Origin: Gammaproteobacteria bacterium
Lineage (GTDB): Bacteria > Pseudomonadota > Gammaproteobacteria > Arenicellales > Poriferihabitantaceae
Direction of reading: 5' to 3'
Assembly: GCA_030590945.1 (NCBI GenBank)
Contig: JAUVBY010000002.1
Location: 354-64,353 of the forward strand
DNA length: 64,000 nucleotides
Shown here: one piece after another, positions 17,537 through 28,059 of the stretch
Position numbering within the stretch: the first letter of the stretch is position 1
How the letters are laid out: each line of letters opens with the position of its first letter
Program-made: the position numbers and the translations under genes
Notes under the pieces: generated by a model
What the model was told of the DNA's origin: nothing
What the model saw: the letters and a program-made list of their open reading frames with translations, nothing else
Databases searched by the model: none

Positions 17537-18796
17537 TTACGCCTGTTCTTTTTTTCGCAACGCTGTTATCGCCTCCACGCGTGCCCGATCAATCGCTTCT
17601 GGAATCTTTTCAGTCTTGTTCTGTGCCTGCGCTATCTTACCGGCATCAACCGCCTTCGCTGCATCAAAATAGTTTTGTAGCAGTTGAGCCTGAGGGTACG
17701 GCATATCGGGAAATTCGCCACCTCTTCCCTGTGCGTCCGCCTGACAGGCGAGCGCAAACTTCGCTACACGTCCGGGTTTTCTAAACGCATCAAGTTTTTT
17801 CAGCATCTTCAATACGGTTTGCGGGCGTAGCTCCGACAGCCGATGCATATTCAGATGCTGATCACTCATTATTTCCGCCAGACGCGTGGTTTCGTTGGGA
17901 ACCCGGTAGCGTTCCGACATTTGAGTGACCAGGGGCACCCCCGCTGCTTCGTGCCCGGGGTGTGAGGGTAATCTGAAATTTGGTGTCAGCGCTTTACCCA
18001 GATCGTGCGTTAAGGCGGCATATTGAACATCCAGGTCGTCGCTTAACTGACGTGCGCGGTCGACCACCATCATGACGTGGTCCCCGGTATCAATTTCCGG
18101 GTGATAGTGTGGTGTTTGGGGAACGCCAAACAAAGCATCTAATTCCGGGAATATACGCTTGAGCGCGCCGCATTGGCGTAAGGTAGTGAAAAATACCGAT
18201 GGTTTTTCAGCCTTTAAAGCGGCTTGTAATTCCTGCCAGACGCGTTCAGCTACCAACGCATCTACTTCACCATTTTTAACCATTTTAAGCATAAGCTTAA
18301 GCGTGGGATCGGCAATGCCAAATCCCATCGGCCCAAAGCGTGCGGCAAAACGCGCTGTACGCAAAATACGTACGGGGTCTTCGCTAAAGGCATCGGATAC
18401 ATGGCGCAGCGTCCCTGAATCAATATCTGCCTGACCGTTATAAGGGTCAATCAGCTCTCCATTTGGGGCCCGGGCAATCGCGTTAATGGTCAGATCGCGA
18501 CGTTGTAAATCTTGTTCCAGAGTCACATCTTCGCTTGCATAGATGGTAAAGCCTTTATACCCTCTACCTGACTTGCGTTCGGTGCGGGCAAGCGCGTATT
18601 CTTCTTTGCTGTCCGGATGCAGAAATACGGGGAAATCCCGGCCAATGGGTGTGAAACCCAGCTCAAGCATTTTATCGGGCGTGCTGCCGACTACAACCCA
18701 GTCGTGATCAATAACCGGCAACCCGAGCAGTTCATCGCGCACGGCACCACCAACCAGATAACAATCCAGATTTTGTTCAGGAGCAGATGCGGACAT
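17537..18796 (-). CDS. cca: multifunctional CCA-adding tRNA nucleotidyltransferase
   Basis: [23 protein letters not shown] and [11 protein letters not shown] motifs, plus the C-terminal HD domain (LTHDLGK). Confidence 0.93.
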   Translation of the reverse strand: MSASAPEQNLDCYLVGGAVRDELLGLPVIDHDWVVVGSTPDKMLELGFTPIGRDFPVFLHPDSKEEYALARTERKSGRGYKGFTIYASEDVTLEQDLQRRDLTINAIARAPNGELIDPYNGQADIDSGTLRHVSDAFSEDPVRILRTARFAARFGPMGFGIADPTLKLMLKMVKNGEVDALVAERVWQELQAALKAEKPSVFFTTLRQCGALKRIFPELDALFGVPQTPHYHPEIDTGDHVMMVVDRARQLSDDLDVQYAALTHDLGKALTPNFRLPSHPGHEAAGVPLVTQMSERYRVPNETTRLAEIMSDQHLNMHRLSELRPQTVLKMLKKLDAFRKPGRVAKFALACQADAQGRGGEFPDMPYPQAQLLQNYFDAAKAVDAGKIAQAQNKTEKIPEAIDRARVEAITALRKKEQA

Positions 18797-18804
18797 TTAG
18801 AGTA

Positions 18805-19866
18805 ATGGTATTCAAGACAATTTCCAAAGCAGGCGTAGCGTTGATTTTATCAGTGCTGCTAAGCGGCTGCCAATCAATTGGATATTATTCACAGGCGGTG
18901 TCGGGTCAGATCAGTATCTGGGCACACCAGCGTGATATTGAGGCGGTATTGTCCGACCCGTCTGTAGATACACAGACCCGGGCGCGACTGCAGATCGCTC
19001 TTCGGGCCCGTGAATTTGCCAGCCACACGTTAAAGCTGCCGCAAAATGAATCCTATTCGCGCTACGTTGACCTGGAGCGAGATTATGTTATCTGGAATGT
19101 GGTGGCGACACCGCTCTATTCCGTGGATGCGGTGCAATCGTGCTTCCTAATCGTAGGCTGCGTGAGTTACCGTGGTTATTATCACAAGGAAGCAGCGCTT
19201 GAGCATGCACAACAGCTAAAGGACGATGGGCTGGATGTGTATGTTGGAGGCGTGAGCGCTTATTCAACTTTAGGCTGGTTTGATGATCCCTTATTGAGTT
19301 CGATGCTGGCGCGTTCGGATGCTGCAATTGCGGGCCTGATATTCCATGAACTTTCGCACCAGCGCATCTATATAAAAAATGATACCCGCTTTAATGAATC
19401 CTTTGCGACCGCTGTAGAGCGGATTGGGTTACGACAATGGGCGACGGCACAGGGCGAAAATCAGAATCTCGAAGAGTATCTTGCGCTACAGAAAAAGCGC
19501 AATGATGTGGTTCAGCTGGTGCTTAGGCAGCGTGAGCAAATGCGTAAAGCGTATTTAGATAATGTATCGGCTGGTGACGAAAAACTCACACTGGTGAAGC
19601 AGGCACAATTTGAAATTCTCAAAAAGCGCTATACAGAACTAAAGCTATCTGGAGGCGGTACGCTCGGTTACGATCGATTTTTCGCCTCAGAGTTAAACAA
19701 TGCTTCGCTGGCGTTGTTTGGTGAATACCATGGTTGGGTAGATGCATTTGAACGACTGTTTGAAGACAGCAATCAAAATTGGGCAACCTTTTATCAGGCG
19801 GTAAATCGCCTGTCAAAAAAGCGAAAAGTTGAACGTGATCAGGCGCTACGATTGTTATCAATATAA
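18805..19866 (+). CDS. predicted zinc aminopeptidase lipoprotein (COG4324-like)
   Basis: Lipobox LLSGC and an HELSHQ metal motif. ATG 18805 was chosen because ATG 18787 would overlap the divergent cca start. Confidence 0.7.
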   Translation: MVFKTISKAGVALILSVLLSGCQSIGYYSQAVSGQISIWAHQRDIEAVLSDPSVDTQTRARLQIALRAREFASHTLKLPQNESYSRYVDLERDYVIWNVVATPLYSVDAVQSCFLIVGCVSYRGYYHKEAALEHAQQLKDDGLDVYVGGVSAYSTLGWFDDPLLSSMLARSDAAIAGLIFHELSHQRIYIKNDTRFNESFATAVERIGLRQWATAQGENQNLEEYLALQKKRNDVVQLVLRQREQMRKAYLDNVSAGDEKLTLVKQAQFEILKKRYTELKLSGGGTLGYDRFFASELNNASLALFGEYHGWVDAFERLFEDSNQNWATFYQAVNRLSKKRKVERDQALRLLSI

Positions 19867-19946
19867 ACTATTGATGCGCTATCTATTAATGATTGGTCTG
19901 CTAGCACCATTAATGCATAGGATTGCGTTGCGCCGGAACCGGGCCT

Positions 19947-21014
19947 TCAGGGCGCTTTATCCCGCGCGTTAAATTCGACCATACGCGTAATTGAGCGTGC
20001 GGCCTGCTGCATAACGGTTTCGTCGATGGTGATTTCATTGCTGCCCGTTTCAAGGGTGTGTTCAAGGCGTGGCAGATCGTTCATTTTCATCCACGGGCAT
20101 TCGGCGCAGCTTTCACACATTGCGCCTTCGCCTGCATTGGGTGCTGCAATGAACGTTTTGCCCGGCGCGACCTGTTGCATCTTGTGAAAAATTCCGCGTT
20201 CGGTCGCGACAATAAAGGTATCTGCGTCCATGTCACGCGCAGCATTGATGATTTGTGTGGTCGAACCTACGACATCTGCCAGCGCGATAACCGGCCCCGG
20301 GCTTTCGGGGTGTACCAGCACTTTTGCATCAGGTTTGTGTTGCTTGAGCGCTTGCAGGGCGGTGGCCTTGAAATCTTCGTGTACGATGCACGACCCTTGC
20401 CACAGAACCATATCAGCACCCGTTTCTTTTTGCACGTAGGCACCGAGGAATTTATCCGGCGCCCAGAGGATTTTTTCGCCTTTGTCCGAAAGATGCTTCA
20501 CCAGGTCCAGCGCGATAGAGGAGGTGGCCACCCAGTCTGCGCGGGCTTTTACTTCCGCGCTGGTGTTGGCGTACACTACTACGGTGCGATCCGGGTGCTG
20601 GTCGCAGAATTGATTAAAGTCATCGGCAGGGCAGGCGAGATCCAGCGAACACTCAGCCCGTGTTTCAATCATCAGCACGCGTTTTTCAGGGCTCAGGATT
20701 TTAGCGGTTTCACCCATGAATCGAACGCCGGCCACAATGACTGTGTCCGCATCACTATTGAGGCCGAAGCGTGCCATTTCCAGCGAATCGCCGACAAAAC
20801 CGCCGGTTTCTTCAGCCAGGTCCTGCAGTATGGCATCGACATAATAGTGAGCGACGAGCACGGCATTTTGCGATTCGAGCAGTTGTTTGATATGAGCGAT
20901 GGTTTTTAGCTGTTGCGCATCGGAAAGTGGTGCACTGCGCGCCCGTTCTGCGTCAATTGCGAGATCGCGAATCGTATCCTGACGATCATGGGGTGTAGAA
21001 ATGTTTAAACTCAT
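19947..21014 (-). CDS. nadA: quinolinate synthase NadA
   Basis: Family-typical sequence from [12 protein letters not shown]..., including [23 protein letters not shown] and a C-terminal CxxC. The ORF's longer N-terminus is unlikely. Confidence 0.9.
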   Translation of the reverse strand: MSLNISTPHDRQDTIRDLAIDAERARSAPLSDAQQLKTIAHIKQLLESQNAVLVAHYYVDAILQDLAEETGGFVGDSLEMARFGLNSDADTVIVAGVRFMGETAKILSPEKRVLMIETRAECSLDLACPADDFNQFCDQHPDRTVVVYANTSAEVKARADWVATSSIALDLVKHLSDKGEKILWAPDKFLGAYVQKETGADMVLWQGSCIVHEDFKATALQALKQHKPDAKVLVHPESPGPVIALADVVGSTTQIINAARDMDADTFIVATERGIFHKMQQVAPGKTFIAAPNAGEGAMCESCAECPWMKMNDLPRLEHTLETGSNEITIDETVMQQAARSITRMVEFNARDKAP

Positions 21015-21099
21015 CGTGGTTTCTTTAGCCTGGGTTATGCTGAGGTCTCGCTTTAATATTAAATATGGGAATAAATTTGGTATTGGCAATAGTCCGGCT

Positions 21100-21711
21100 T
21101 CATTTTCCGGAATTGTTTAAATCAATTTTACTTTCCTTACCATTGAGCAGTCGATTAATGTTCTCACGGTGCCGCCAAATTAAAAAGCCGGCAATAATTC
21201 CGGCAAGCGTAACGTAGGCCAGGACAGGTTTGACCAGCATCAGGATAAGCGGCGCTGCAGCGGCGGCAACCAGGGCGGCGAGCGAGGAGTATTGGGTTAG
21301 AAATGCAACCACAAACCAGATACAAACCAGGAAAAATACCGATAGGGGGCTGATCGCCAATAATACGCCGCCCGCGGTTGCCACGCCTTTGCCGCCTTTA
21401 AATTTATAGTAGACCGGGTACAGGTGTCCAAGAAATGCGGCCAGACCCACCAATGCAACCAGTACCGGGGTGCCCCCTGCCAGTTGGATAACGACTACCG
21501 GTAAAAACCCTTTGAAGATGTCGCCCAGCAAGGTCAGAATGGCGGCCATTTTATCGCCTGAGCGCAATACGTTGGTGGCCCCCGGGTTGCCGGATCCAAC
21601 ATTTCGCGGGTCTTCCAGACCTTTGAGTCTGGAAATGATGATGGCGCTGGAGATTGAGCCAACCAGGTAGGCGATGAACAACGCGACGATGGAAAGGAAA
21701 AAGTTGATCAT
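21100..21711 (-). CDS. plsY: glycerol-3-phosphate acyltransferase PlsY
   Basis: [14 protein letters not shown]...[12 protein letters not shown] motifs in a 203-aa polytopic protein. Confidence 0.93.
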   Translation of the reverse strand: MINFFLSIVALFIAYLVGSISSAIIISRLKGLEDPRNVGSGNPGATNVLRSGDKMAAILTLLGDIFKGFLPVVVIQLAGGTPVLVALVGLAAFLGHLYPVYYKFKGGKGVATAGGVLLAISPLSVFFLVCIWFVVAFLTQYSSLAALVAAAAAPLILMLVKPVLAYVTLAGIIAGFLIWRHRENINRLLNGKESKIDLNNSGK

Positions 21712-21821
21712 AAAAGAATAGGCTGATGTCTCCGGATGTTATCGACTAAACTAGGTACCAGTCGGCCGATATATTCTACTCAAAACAGCGATGGACGACA
21801 TTATCAATTTTACTGTAGCAC

Positions 21822-22175
21822 ATGGACATAATCTATCTTCATGATTTAGCGATCGATTGCGTGATTGGCGCGTGGGACTGGGAGCGGGAAATTACGCAAA
21901 CGGTGTACGTCGATCTCGACATGGCCTGGGATATTTCCAAAGCAGGCGATAGTGACGAGCTTGAAGATACACTGAGTTATAAAGATATTTCCATTGCGGT
22001 TTCAGAGTTGGTGGTTGATCGAAAATTTAAACTGGTTGAGGCGATGGCGGTTGAAATAGCTGCCTTGCTGCAGGGTCGTTTTAATGTGCCCTGGTGTCGA
22101 GTAAGAATTAACAAGCGTGGTGCGGTCAGTAGCGCGCAGGACGTGGGCGTGATCATTGAGCGCGGCCGAAAATGA
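21822..22175 (+). CDS. folB: dihydroneopterin aldolase
   Basis: 117 aa. LAIDCVIGAWDWER...TLSYKDI pattern. Divergent from plsY, as in enterobacterial synteny. ATGA overlap with folK. Confidence 0.88.
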   Translation: MDIIYLHDLAIDCVIGAWDWEREITQTVYVDLDMAWDISKAGDSDELEDTLSYKDISIAVSELVVDRKFKLVEAMAVEIAALLQGRFNVPWCRVRINKRGAVSSAQDVGVIIERGRK

Positions 22176-22678
22176 CCTTGCTGGCCTTGAGTGTGGGCAG
22201 CAATTTAGAAAGGGAAAAGCATATTCGCTTTGCATTGGATGCCTTGCATAGCCTTTTGGGTAAGCTTGATATTTCGCCGGTATACGAAACCCGGGCGCTG
22301 GGTTTTGACGGACCGGATTTTTATAATCTGGCGGTGGTGGCGCATACTTCGCTTAGGCTCGATTCCCTGCTTGAAAAACTGCACCGGATTGAGCATGATG
22401 CAGGGCGGGTACGCAACGGCAAAGGATTTAAGAGTCGTATACTTGATATCGATATACTTCTGTTTGGTGATGCAAACTTGCGCGAAGAAGGGCGAAACAT
22501 ACCGCGCGATGAAATTGATCACGCGGCCTATGTGCTAAAGCCGCTGGCCGAGGTGCTGCCCGATATGCGGCATCCGGTATCCGGGCAGCGTTTTAAAATA
22601 TTGTGGGCTAATTTTCACGGCGACCCTCTGGCCCTGAAGCGTATCGAATTTGATCTTCGTAGTTTCAATGGAGCCTAA
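22172..22678 (+). CDS. folK: 2-amino-4-hydroxy-6-hydroxymethyldihydropteridine pyrophosphokinase
   Basis: LGSNLE...PVYET...RILDIDILLFGD are HPPK motifs. Confidence 0.9.
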   Translation: MTLLALSVGSNLEREKHIRFALDALHSLLGKLDISPVYETRALGFDGPDFYNLAVVAHTSLRLDSLLEKLHRIEHDAGRVRNGKGFKSRILDIDILLFGDANLREEGRNIPRDEIDHAAYVLKPLAEVLPDMRHPVSGQRFKILWANFHGDPLALKRIEFDLRSFNGA

Positions 22679-23390
22679 GCATTCGGGCTTGAGCCGGGTA
22701 CAGTGTCAGCTGCTGGAAAAGGGTCTGGACCAGCTGGAACTGGAGTTATCCGAAGCGGCATTAGCGGCGATAAAACAGCATTTAGCATTGGTGCAAAAGT
22801 GGCGTACTAAAATAAACCTGATATCAATTGCTGAGCCGGGCGAGTTGATTACGCATCACGCGCTCGATAGTCTGGCGTTATTGAAGCATGTTGAACACAG
22901 CAGGCAGCTACTGGATATCGGCACCGGCGCAGGTTTTCCGGGGATGCAGTTCGCAGCGGCCAGGCCTGGCATTCACGTAAGTTTGCTCGACAGCCGGCGC
23001 CGTCGAATTGAGTTTCTGCGTATGGTAAATGCACAGATCGGGCTGGAAAACACCTCGTTTATATGTGCGCGAGTTGAAGAAGTTGCACGAGTGACCGGCA
23101 TGGTGCCAGAAAATTCGGCGCGCCCGCCGCATTCGGATGTGCAGACACCTGCAAAATTTGATACGCTCGTTGCCCGCGCGGTTACGACGCTGGACCAGTT
23201 GGTAAAGTTGACCGCTTCGCTACGTTTTTCAGGGCAGCGCCTGGTTGCCATGAAAGGTCGGTATCCATCTGAGGAACTTGAAGTACTAAATCGAGAATTC
23301 GCCGGTCAAATTGATTCGGTGTCGGTCGAAGCGCTAAAAGTTCCTGGTCTGAATGCAGAGCGCCACGCGGTGATCATTAAATTCGTTTAA
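22668..23390 (+). CDS. rsmG: 16S rRNA (guanine527-N7)-methyltransferase RsmG, with internal insertion
   Basis: LLDIGTGAGFPG SAM motif. Position directly upstream of parAB. About 25 extra residues (VTGMVPENSARPPHSDVQTPAK) after RVEE. Confidence 0.88.
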   Translation: MEPKHSGLSRVQCQLLEKGLDQLELELSEAALAAIKQHLALVQKWRTKINLISIAEPGELITHHALDSLALLKHVEHSRQLLDIGTGAGFPGMQFAAARPGIHVSLLDSRRRRIEFLRMVNAQIGLENTSFICARVEEVARVTGMVPENSARPPHSDVQTPAKFDTLVARAVTTLDQLVKLTASLRFSGQRLVAMKGRYPSEELEVLNREFAGQIDSVSVEALKVPGLNAERHAVIIKFV

Positions 23391-23404
23391 ACATTAGAGA
23401 ATAG

Positions 23405-23485
23405 CCAGGAGCCTGTCGGACTTAACATGTATTGCTCAAAACCCACGAATATCGATAAACTCAGCCAAGTCCCACAGACTCCTGG
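23405..23485. repeat. inverted-repeat element, family C (copy 1)
   Basis: CCAGGAGCCTGTCGG...CCCACAGACTCCTGG. The left arm plus interior aligns closely with the reverse complement of 49714-49777. Confidence 0.75.
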
Positions 23486-23488
23486 CAT

Positions 23489-24391
23489 ATGACTGCTCGC
23501 ATCATAGCCGTAACTAATCAGAAAGGTGGCGTTGCAAAGACCACGACTGCGGTAAATCTACTCGCAGCGATTGCCCGTAGAGGCAAGCGCTGTCTGTTGG
23601 TGGATATCGACCCGCAGGGCAATGCCAGCGTGTCCAGTGGTGTGAACATTAACCGTCTGGAGCAGGGGATTTACGAGGTGTTACTGGGCGATGCCAATAT
23701 TGATCAGGCGATCGTAGCCTCGGCTGATCTGTATGATATTTTGCCCGCCGCCCCTGATCTCGCAGGAGCGCAGGTCGAGCTGTTGGAATTCGAAGACAAG
23801 GACTATCGCCTGCGCGATGCGCTCGCGCAAGTGGTTGATCAATACGATGTAATACTGATTGACACACCACCTTCGCTAAACGTATTGACCATCAACGCGC
23901 TGGCAGCGGCAACCGATGTTTTGATTCCAGTACAATGTGAGTATTTTGCTCTGGAAGGTTTGAGCGGGCTTATCACCACGATGGGCATGGTGCGTACCGC
24001 CTTGAACCCGGAGCTCAAGATTCTGGGGGTGGTGCGCACCATGTACGATGGGCGAAACACATTGACGATTGAAGTATCCAGGCAATTAAACAAACATTTT
24101 CGTGAAAAAGTATTTAAAACCCTGATACCGCGTAATATAAGATTAGCCGAAGCACCGAGCCACGGAAAATCCGCGCTCGACTATGATCTTTATTGCAAAG
24201 GCTCAATGGCATATATTGCTCTGGCTAATGAAATTTTAGGACCTACAAATGGCAAACACAAAACACACAGCGACGAAAAACGCCTTGAACGAATCCCCGT
24301 TGAACAAACCCGTGGTGAACAAGCCAAGGGCAAAAAAAGCAAGATTGGGGCGTGGGCTGGACGCTTTACTCGGCGGAAGCACGCGCAGTAA
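23489..24391 (+). CDS. parA: chromosome partitioning ATPase ParA/Soj with about 47-codon basic C-terminal extension
   Basis: Deviant Walker A NQKGGVAKTT. Typical ParA sequence up to ...YIALANEIL, after which the frame stays open to TAA at 24389-24391. Confidence 0.9.
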   Translation: MTARIIAVTNQKGGVAKTTTAVNLLAAIARRGKRCLLVDIDPQGNASVSSGVNINRLEQGIYEVLLGDANIDQAIVASADLYDILPAAPDLAGAQVELLEFEDKDYRLRDALAQVVDQYDVILIDTPPSLNVLTINALAAATDVLIPVQCEYFALEGLSGLITTMGMVRTALNPELKILGVVRTMYDGRNTLTIEVSRQLNKHFREKVFKTLIPRNIRLAEAPSHGKSALDYDLYCKGSMAYIALANEILGPTNGKHKTHSDEKRLERIPVEQTRGEQAKGKKSKIGAWAGRFTRRKHAQ

Positions 24392-25211
24392 CAAAGATGC
24401 GGCACCAATGGTTCATGGTGTGCCCGCAGACCGCCTGGAAATGCTGCCGGTAGAATGGCTGCAACGCGGCGAATATCAGCCGCGTACTAATATGGATGAA
24501 GAAGCCTTGCAGGATTTGGCGGCTTCTATCCGCACTCAGGGCATAATACAGCCCATACTGGCACGTGAGTTGGCGCCGCGACAATATGAGATTATCGCCG
24601 GGGAAAGACGCTGGCGCGCAGCTCAGATCGCGCAACTCAATGAAGTGCCGGTTATTGTCAGGAAGGTTGAGGATGAAGAGGCCATTGCGGTTGCCCTGAT
24701 CGAAAATATTCAACGTGAAGACTTGAGTGCGCTGGAAGAAGCGCGAGGTATATCCCGCTTGCTCGAGGAGTTTGGACTGACGCATCGCGAGGCAGCCAGC
24801 AGTATTGGGCGTTCGCGCACTGCGGTGACCAATTTGTTGCGCTTACTGGCATTACACCCTGATGTGCAGGCTATGCTGGAGCAAAAGTTATTTGATATGG
24901 GCCATGCGCGTACTTTGTTGAGCGTGCCTGAGCAGGACCAGGTTCGAGCTGCACACGCCATCGTCAAAGGCCAAATGTCGGTACGGCAGGCTGAGTTGTG
25001 GGTAAAAAGATTTCTGGAAACCATGGATGCGCCAAAAAAACAAAAAATCGTTCCAGGCGCCGATATATTACGTCTGGAAGATTCACTGGCCAATACCCTG
25101 GGGGCGAAAATCAAAATACAGGATGCCGGAGGAAAAGGTAAGTTGTTGATTCATTACCATTCCCTGGATGAACTTGATGGCATCATTGCCAGGATTGAGT
25201 CTGGAAAGTAA
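24249..25211 (+). CDS. parB: chromosome partitioning protein ParB/Spo0J
   Basis: RBS AGGA 8 nt upstream. N-terminal RLGRGLDALLG motif, GERRWRAA box and HTH LTHREAASSIGRSRTAVTNLLRLL. Confidence 0.93.
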   Translation: MANTKHTATKNALNESPLNKPVVNKPRAKKARLGRGLDALLGGSTRSNKDAAPMVHGVPADRLEMLPVEWLQRGEYQPRTNMDEEALQDLAASIRTQGIIQPILARELAPRQYEIIAGERRWRAAQIAQLNEVPVIVRKVEDEEAIAVALIENIQREDLSALEEARGISRLLEEFGLTHREAASSIGRSRTAVTNLLRLLALHPDVQAMLEQKLFDMGHARTLLSVPEQDQVRAAHAIVKGQMSVRQAELWVKRFLETMDAPKKQKIVPGADILRLEDSLANTLGAKIKIQDAGGKGKLLIHYHSLDELDGIIARIESGK

Positions 25212-25296
25212 GCTCTATAATGCTGTCTACAATAGCCTGAAATACGATTATTTATGTATTAATCGTAAACCACCTTGAAATACTTATATAAATTCG

Positions 25297-25326
25297 TTGA
25301 CCGCTCCACATAGATTTTTTTATAAT
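25297..25326 (+). promoter_or_regulatory. candidate sigma70 promoter of the atp operon
   Basis: TTGACC (25297-25302), 18-bp spacer, TATAAT (25321-25326), about 20 nt upstream of the atpI ATG. Confidence 0.4.
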
Positions 25327-25345
25327 CGGCGCCCTCTGATTAAGC

Positions 25346-25711
25346 ATGTCCGGTAAATTATCGGGCTGCTTTAAGCAGGTGATGCTGGCGCAGCTTGGTC
25401 TATTGCTTGTAAGCGCGTTGGTATTAAGCCTCGTTTTTAGCTTGAACCATGGGCTGGCTAGTGCTTTTGGTGCCAGTTTGGCGATGTTTAACACCATCCT
25501 GGCCAGGCGAAGCATCGTAAAGGCAAGTGAATTGGCCTATACACAGCCAGATGTGGTCATGTTGCCGGTTTTTTCCGGTCTGGTGCAACGTTTGATTGTG
25601 TTTGCGGCCGGGTTTGCGGGGGGCGTGTTGCTATGGGGTTTATTACCTCTGCCAATACTGGCGGGTTTTGCACTGACCCAATTTGGATATCTTGCTTGTA
25701 GAGAATCCTGA
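25346..25711 (+). CDS. atpI: ATP synthase protein I
   Basis: 121-aa hydrophobic protein immediately upstream of atpB. Confidence 0.8.
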   Translation: MSGKLSGCFKQVMLAQLGLLLVSALVLSLVFSLNHGLASAFGASLAMFNTILARRSIVKASELAYTQPDVVMLPVFSGLVQRLIVFAAGFAGGVLLWGLLPLPILAGFALTQFGYLACRES

Positions 25712-25771
25712 ATATACAATGCTGTATGGTTTTTCATACAGATACTAGATACAGATTAAGAAACTTTTTGA

Positions 25772-26644
<873 letters not shown>

Positions 26645-26683
26645 AAAGATAAACGAGCTGTCAGGCAGATTTTTATTTTTTAA

Positions 26684-26941
<258 letters not shown>

Positions 26942-27002
26942 TCAGCCTCTTCGTTTGAAATCGATACGATTTCTGGATTCGAACTAATACGCAGGTACAC
27001 AC

Positions 27003-27473
27003 ATGAACATTAATCTTACTCTGATAGGTCAGCTGATCACGTTTATCGTGTTTGTCTGGTTCTGTAAGCAGTACGTCTGGACGCCGATCATCAATGCGTT
27101 GGCGGAACGCCGTACCACTATCGCCGATGGCCTTGCGGCCGCGGATAAAGGTCAGGCTGCGCAGGCTGAAGGTGAAATTCAGGCGGGTAAGCTGGTTGAA
27201 GAAGCCAAAGGTCAGGCGGCTGAGATTCTGAATAAAGCTGAAAAGCGTGGTACGGAAATTGTCTCGGAAGCCAAAACAGAAGCCGGTGGTGAAGGCGACC
27301 GTATCCTGGTCGCAGCACGCGCTGAAATCGACACCGAGGTCAGTAAGGCAAAAGAAAGTTTGCGCGCCCAGGTGAGTGAATTGGCGGTTGCCGGTGCGCA
27401 GCAAATCTTAAAGCGCGAGGTGGATGAAAAAGCCCACGCCGATTTGCTGGATGATCTGGCTGCGAGACTATAA
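27003..27473 (+). CDS. atpF: F0F1 ATP synthase subunit b
   Basis: N-terminal TM followed by a long charged helix. 156 aa. Operon position. Confidence 0.93.
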   Translation: MNINLTLIGQLITFIVFVWFCKQYVWTPIINALAERRTTIADGLAAADKGQAAQAEGEIQAGKLVEEAKGQAAEILNKAEKRGTEIVSEAKTEAGGEGDRILVAARAEIDTEVSKAKESLRAQVSELAVAGAQQILKREVDEKAHADLLDDLAARL

Positions 27474-27488
27474 ACACGGGTTGAACTG

Positions 27489-28025
27489 ATGTCTGAACAA
27501 ATAAGTCTGGCTCGTCCTTACGCAAAAGCTATATTTGAGCTGGCGCGTGACGCCGGTGAATATACGCAGTGGTCTGATCAGCTGGAATTGCTGGCGGTGA
27601 TCGCGCAGGATGCGGGCATGATCGACGTGATCAGCCGCCCCGATGTGTCAGAGCAGCAGCTGGCTGAACTGATTATCGATGTGGCGGGAGACCAGCTGGA
27701 TGAGCAGGGTCAGAACCTGGTTAAATTACTGTCACGTAATGATAGAGTGACGGTTATTGCGGATATTAATCAGCAATTTCTGGTGTTACGAGATGACGCA
27801 GAGCAGGTGATCGAAGCGCAACTTGTTACCGCTGCCGAGGTGGATGAGGCGCAAAAACAGCGCATTGAAGCAGCTCTGTCCAGCCGTCTTGGCAAGAAAA
27901 TTAAACTTGAGGCAAGTGTCGACGAATCACTGATAGGTGGTGCAATCGTCAGGGCGGGTGACTGGGTGGTTGATGGCTCGGTCAAAGCGCAGTTGCAGGA
28001 TCTGATCGGTGCGATCAGTTCATAG
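27489..28025 (+). CDS. atpH: F0F1 ATP synthase subunit delta
   Basis: ARPYAKAIFELA N-terminus. 178 aa. Confidence 0.93.
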   Translation: MSEQISLARPYAKAIFELARDAGEYTQWSDQLELLAVIAQDAGMIDVISRPDVSEQQLAELIIDVAGDQLDEQGQNLVKLLSRNDRVTVIADINQQFLVLRDDAEQVIEAQLVTAAEVDEAQKQRIEAALSSRLGKKIKLEASVDESLIGGAIVRAGDWVVDGSVKAQLQDLIGAISS

Positions 28026-28059
28026 AAACGTAAAAATAACATATTAGGAAATAGAAGCT

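Noticed and set aside
18787-18804. ATG 18787 as the start of the aminopeptidase gene, which would overlap the divergent cca start codon by 10 nt.
   Set aside because: Head-to-head coding overlap is unlikely. ATG 18805 gives a proper lipoprotein signal peptide (MVFKTISKAGVALILSVLLSGC).
20058-20909. Long antisense ORFs: 283 aa opposite nadA. Similar cases at 9628-10272 opposite soxB, 26859-27404 opposite atpF, 41406-41933 opposite btuC, 7948-8541 opposite the SBP gene, and 57250-57732 opposite the kinase.
   Set aside because: Each lies entirely within a strongly supported gene on the other strand. Their translations are low-complexity, Arg/His-rich and motif-free, which is typical of shadow ORFs.
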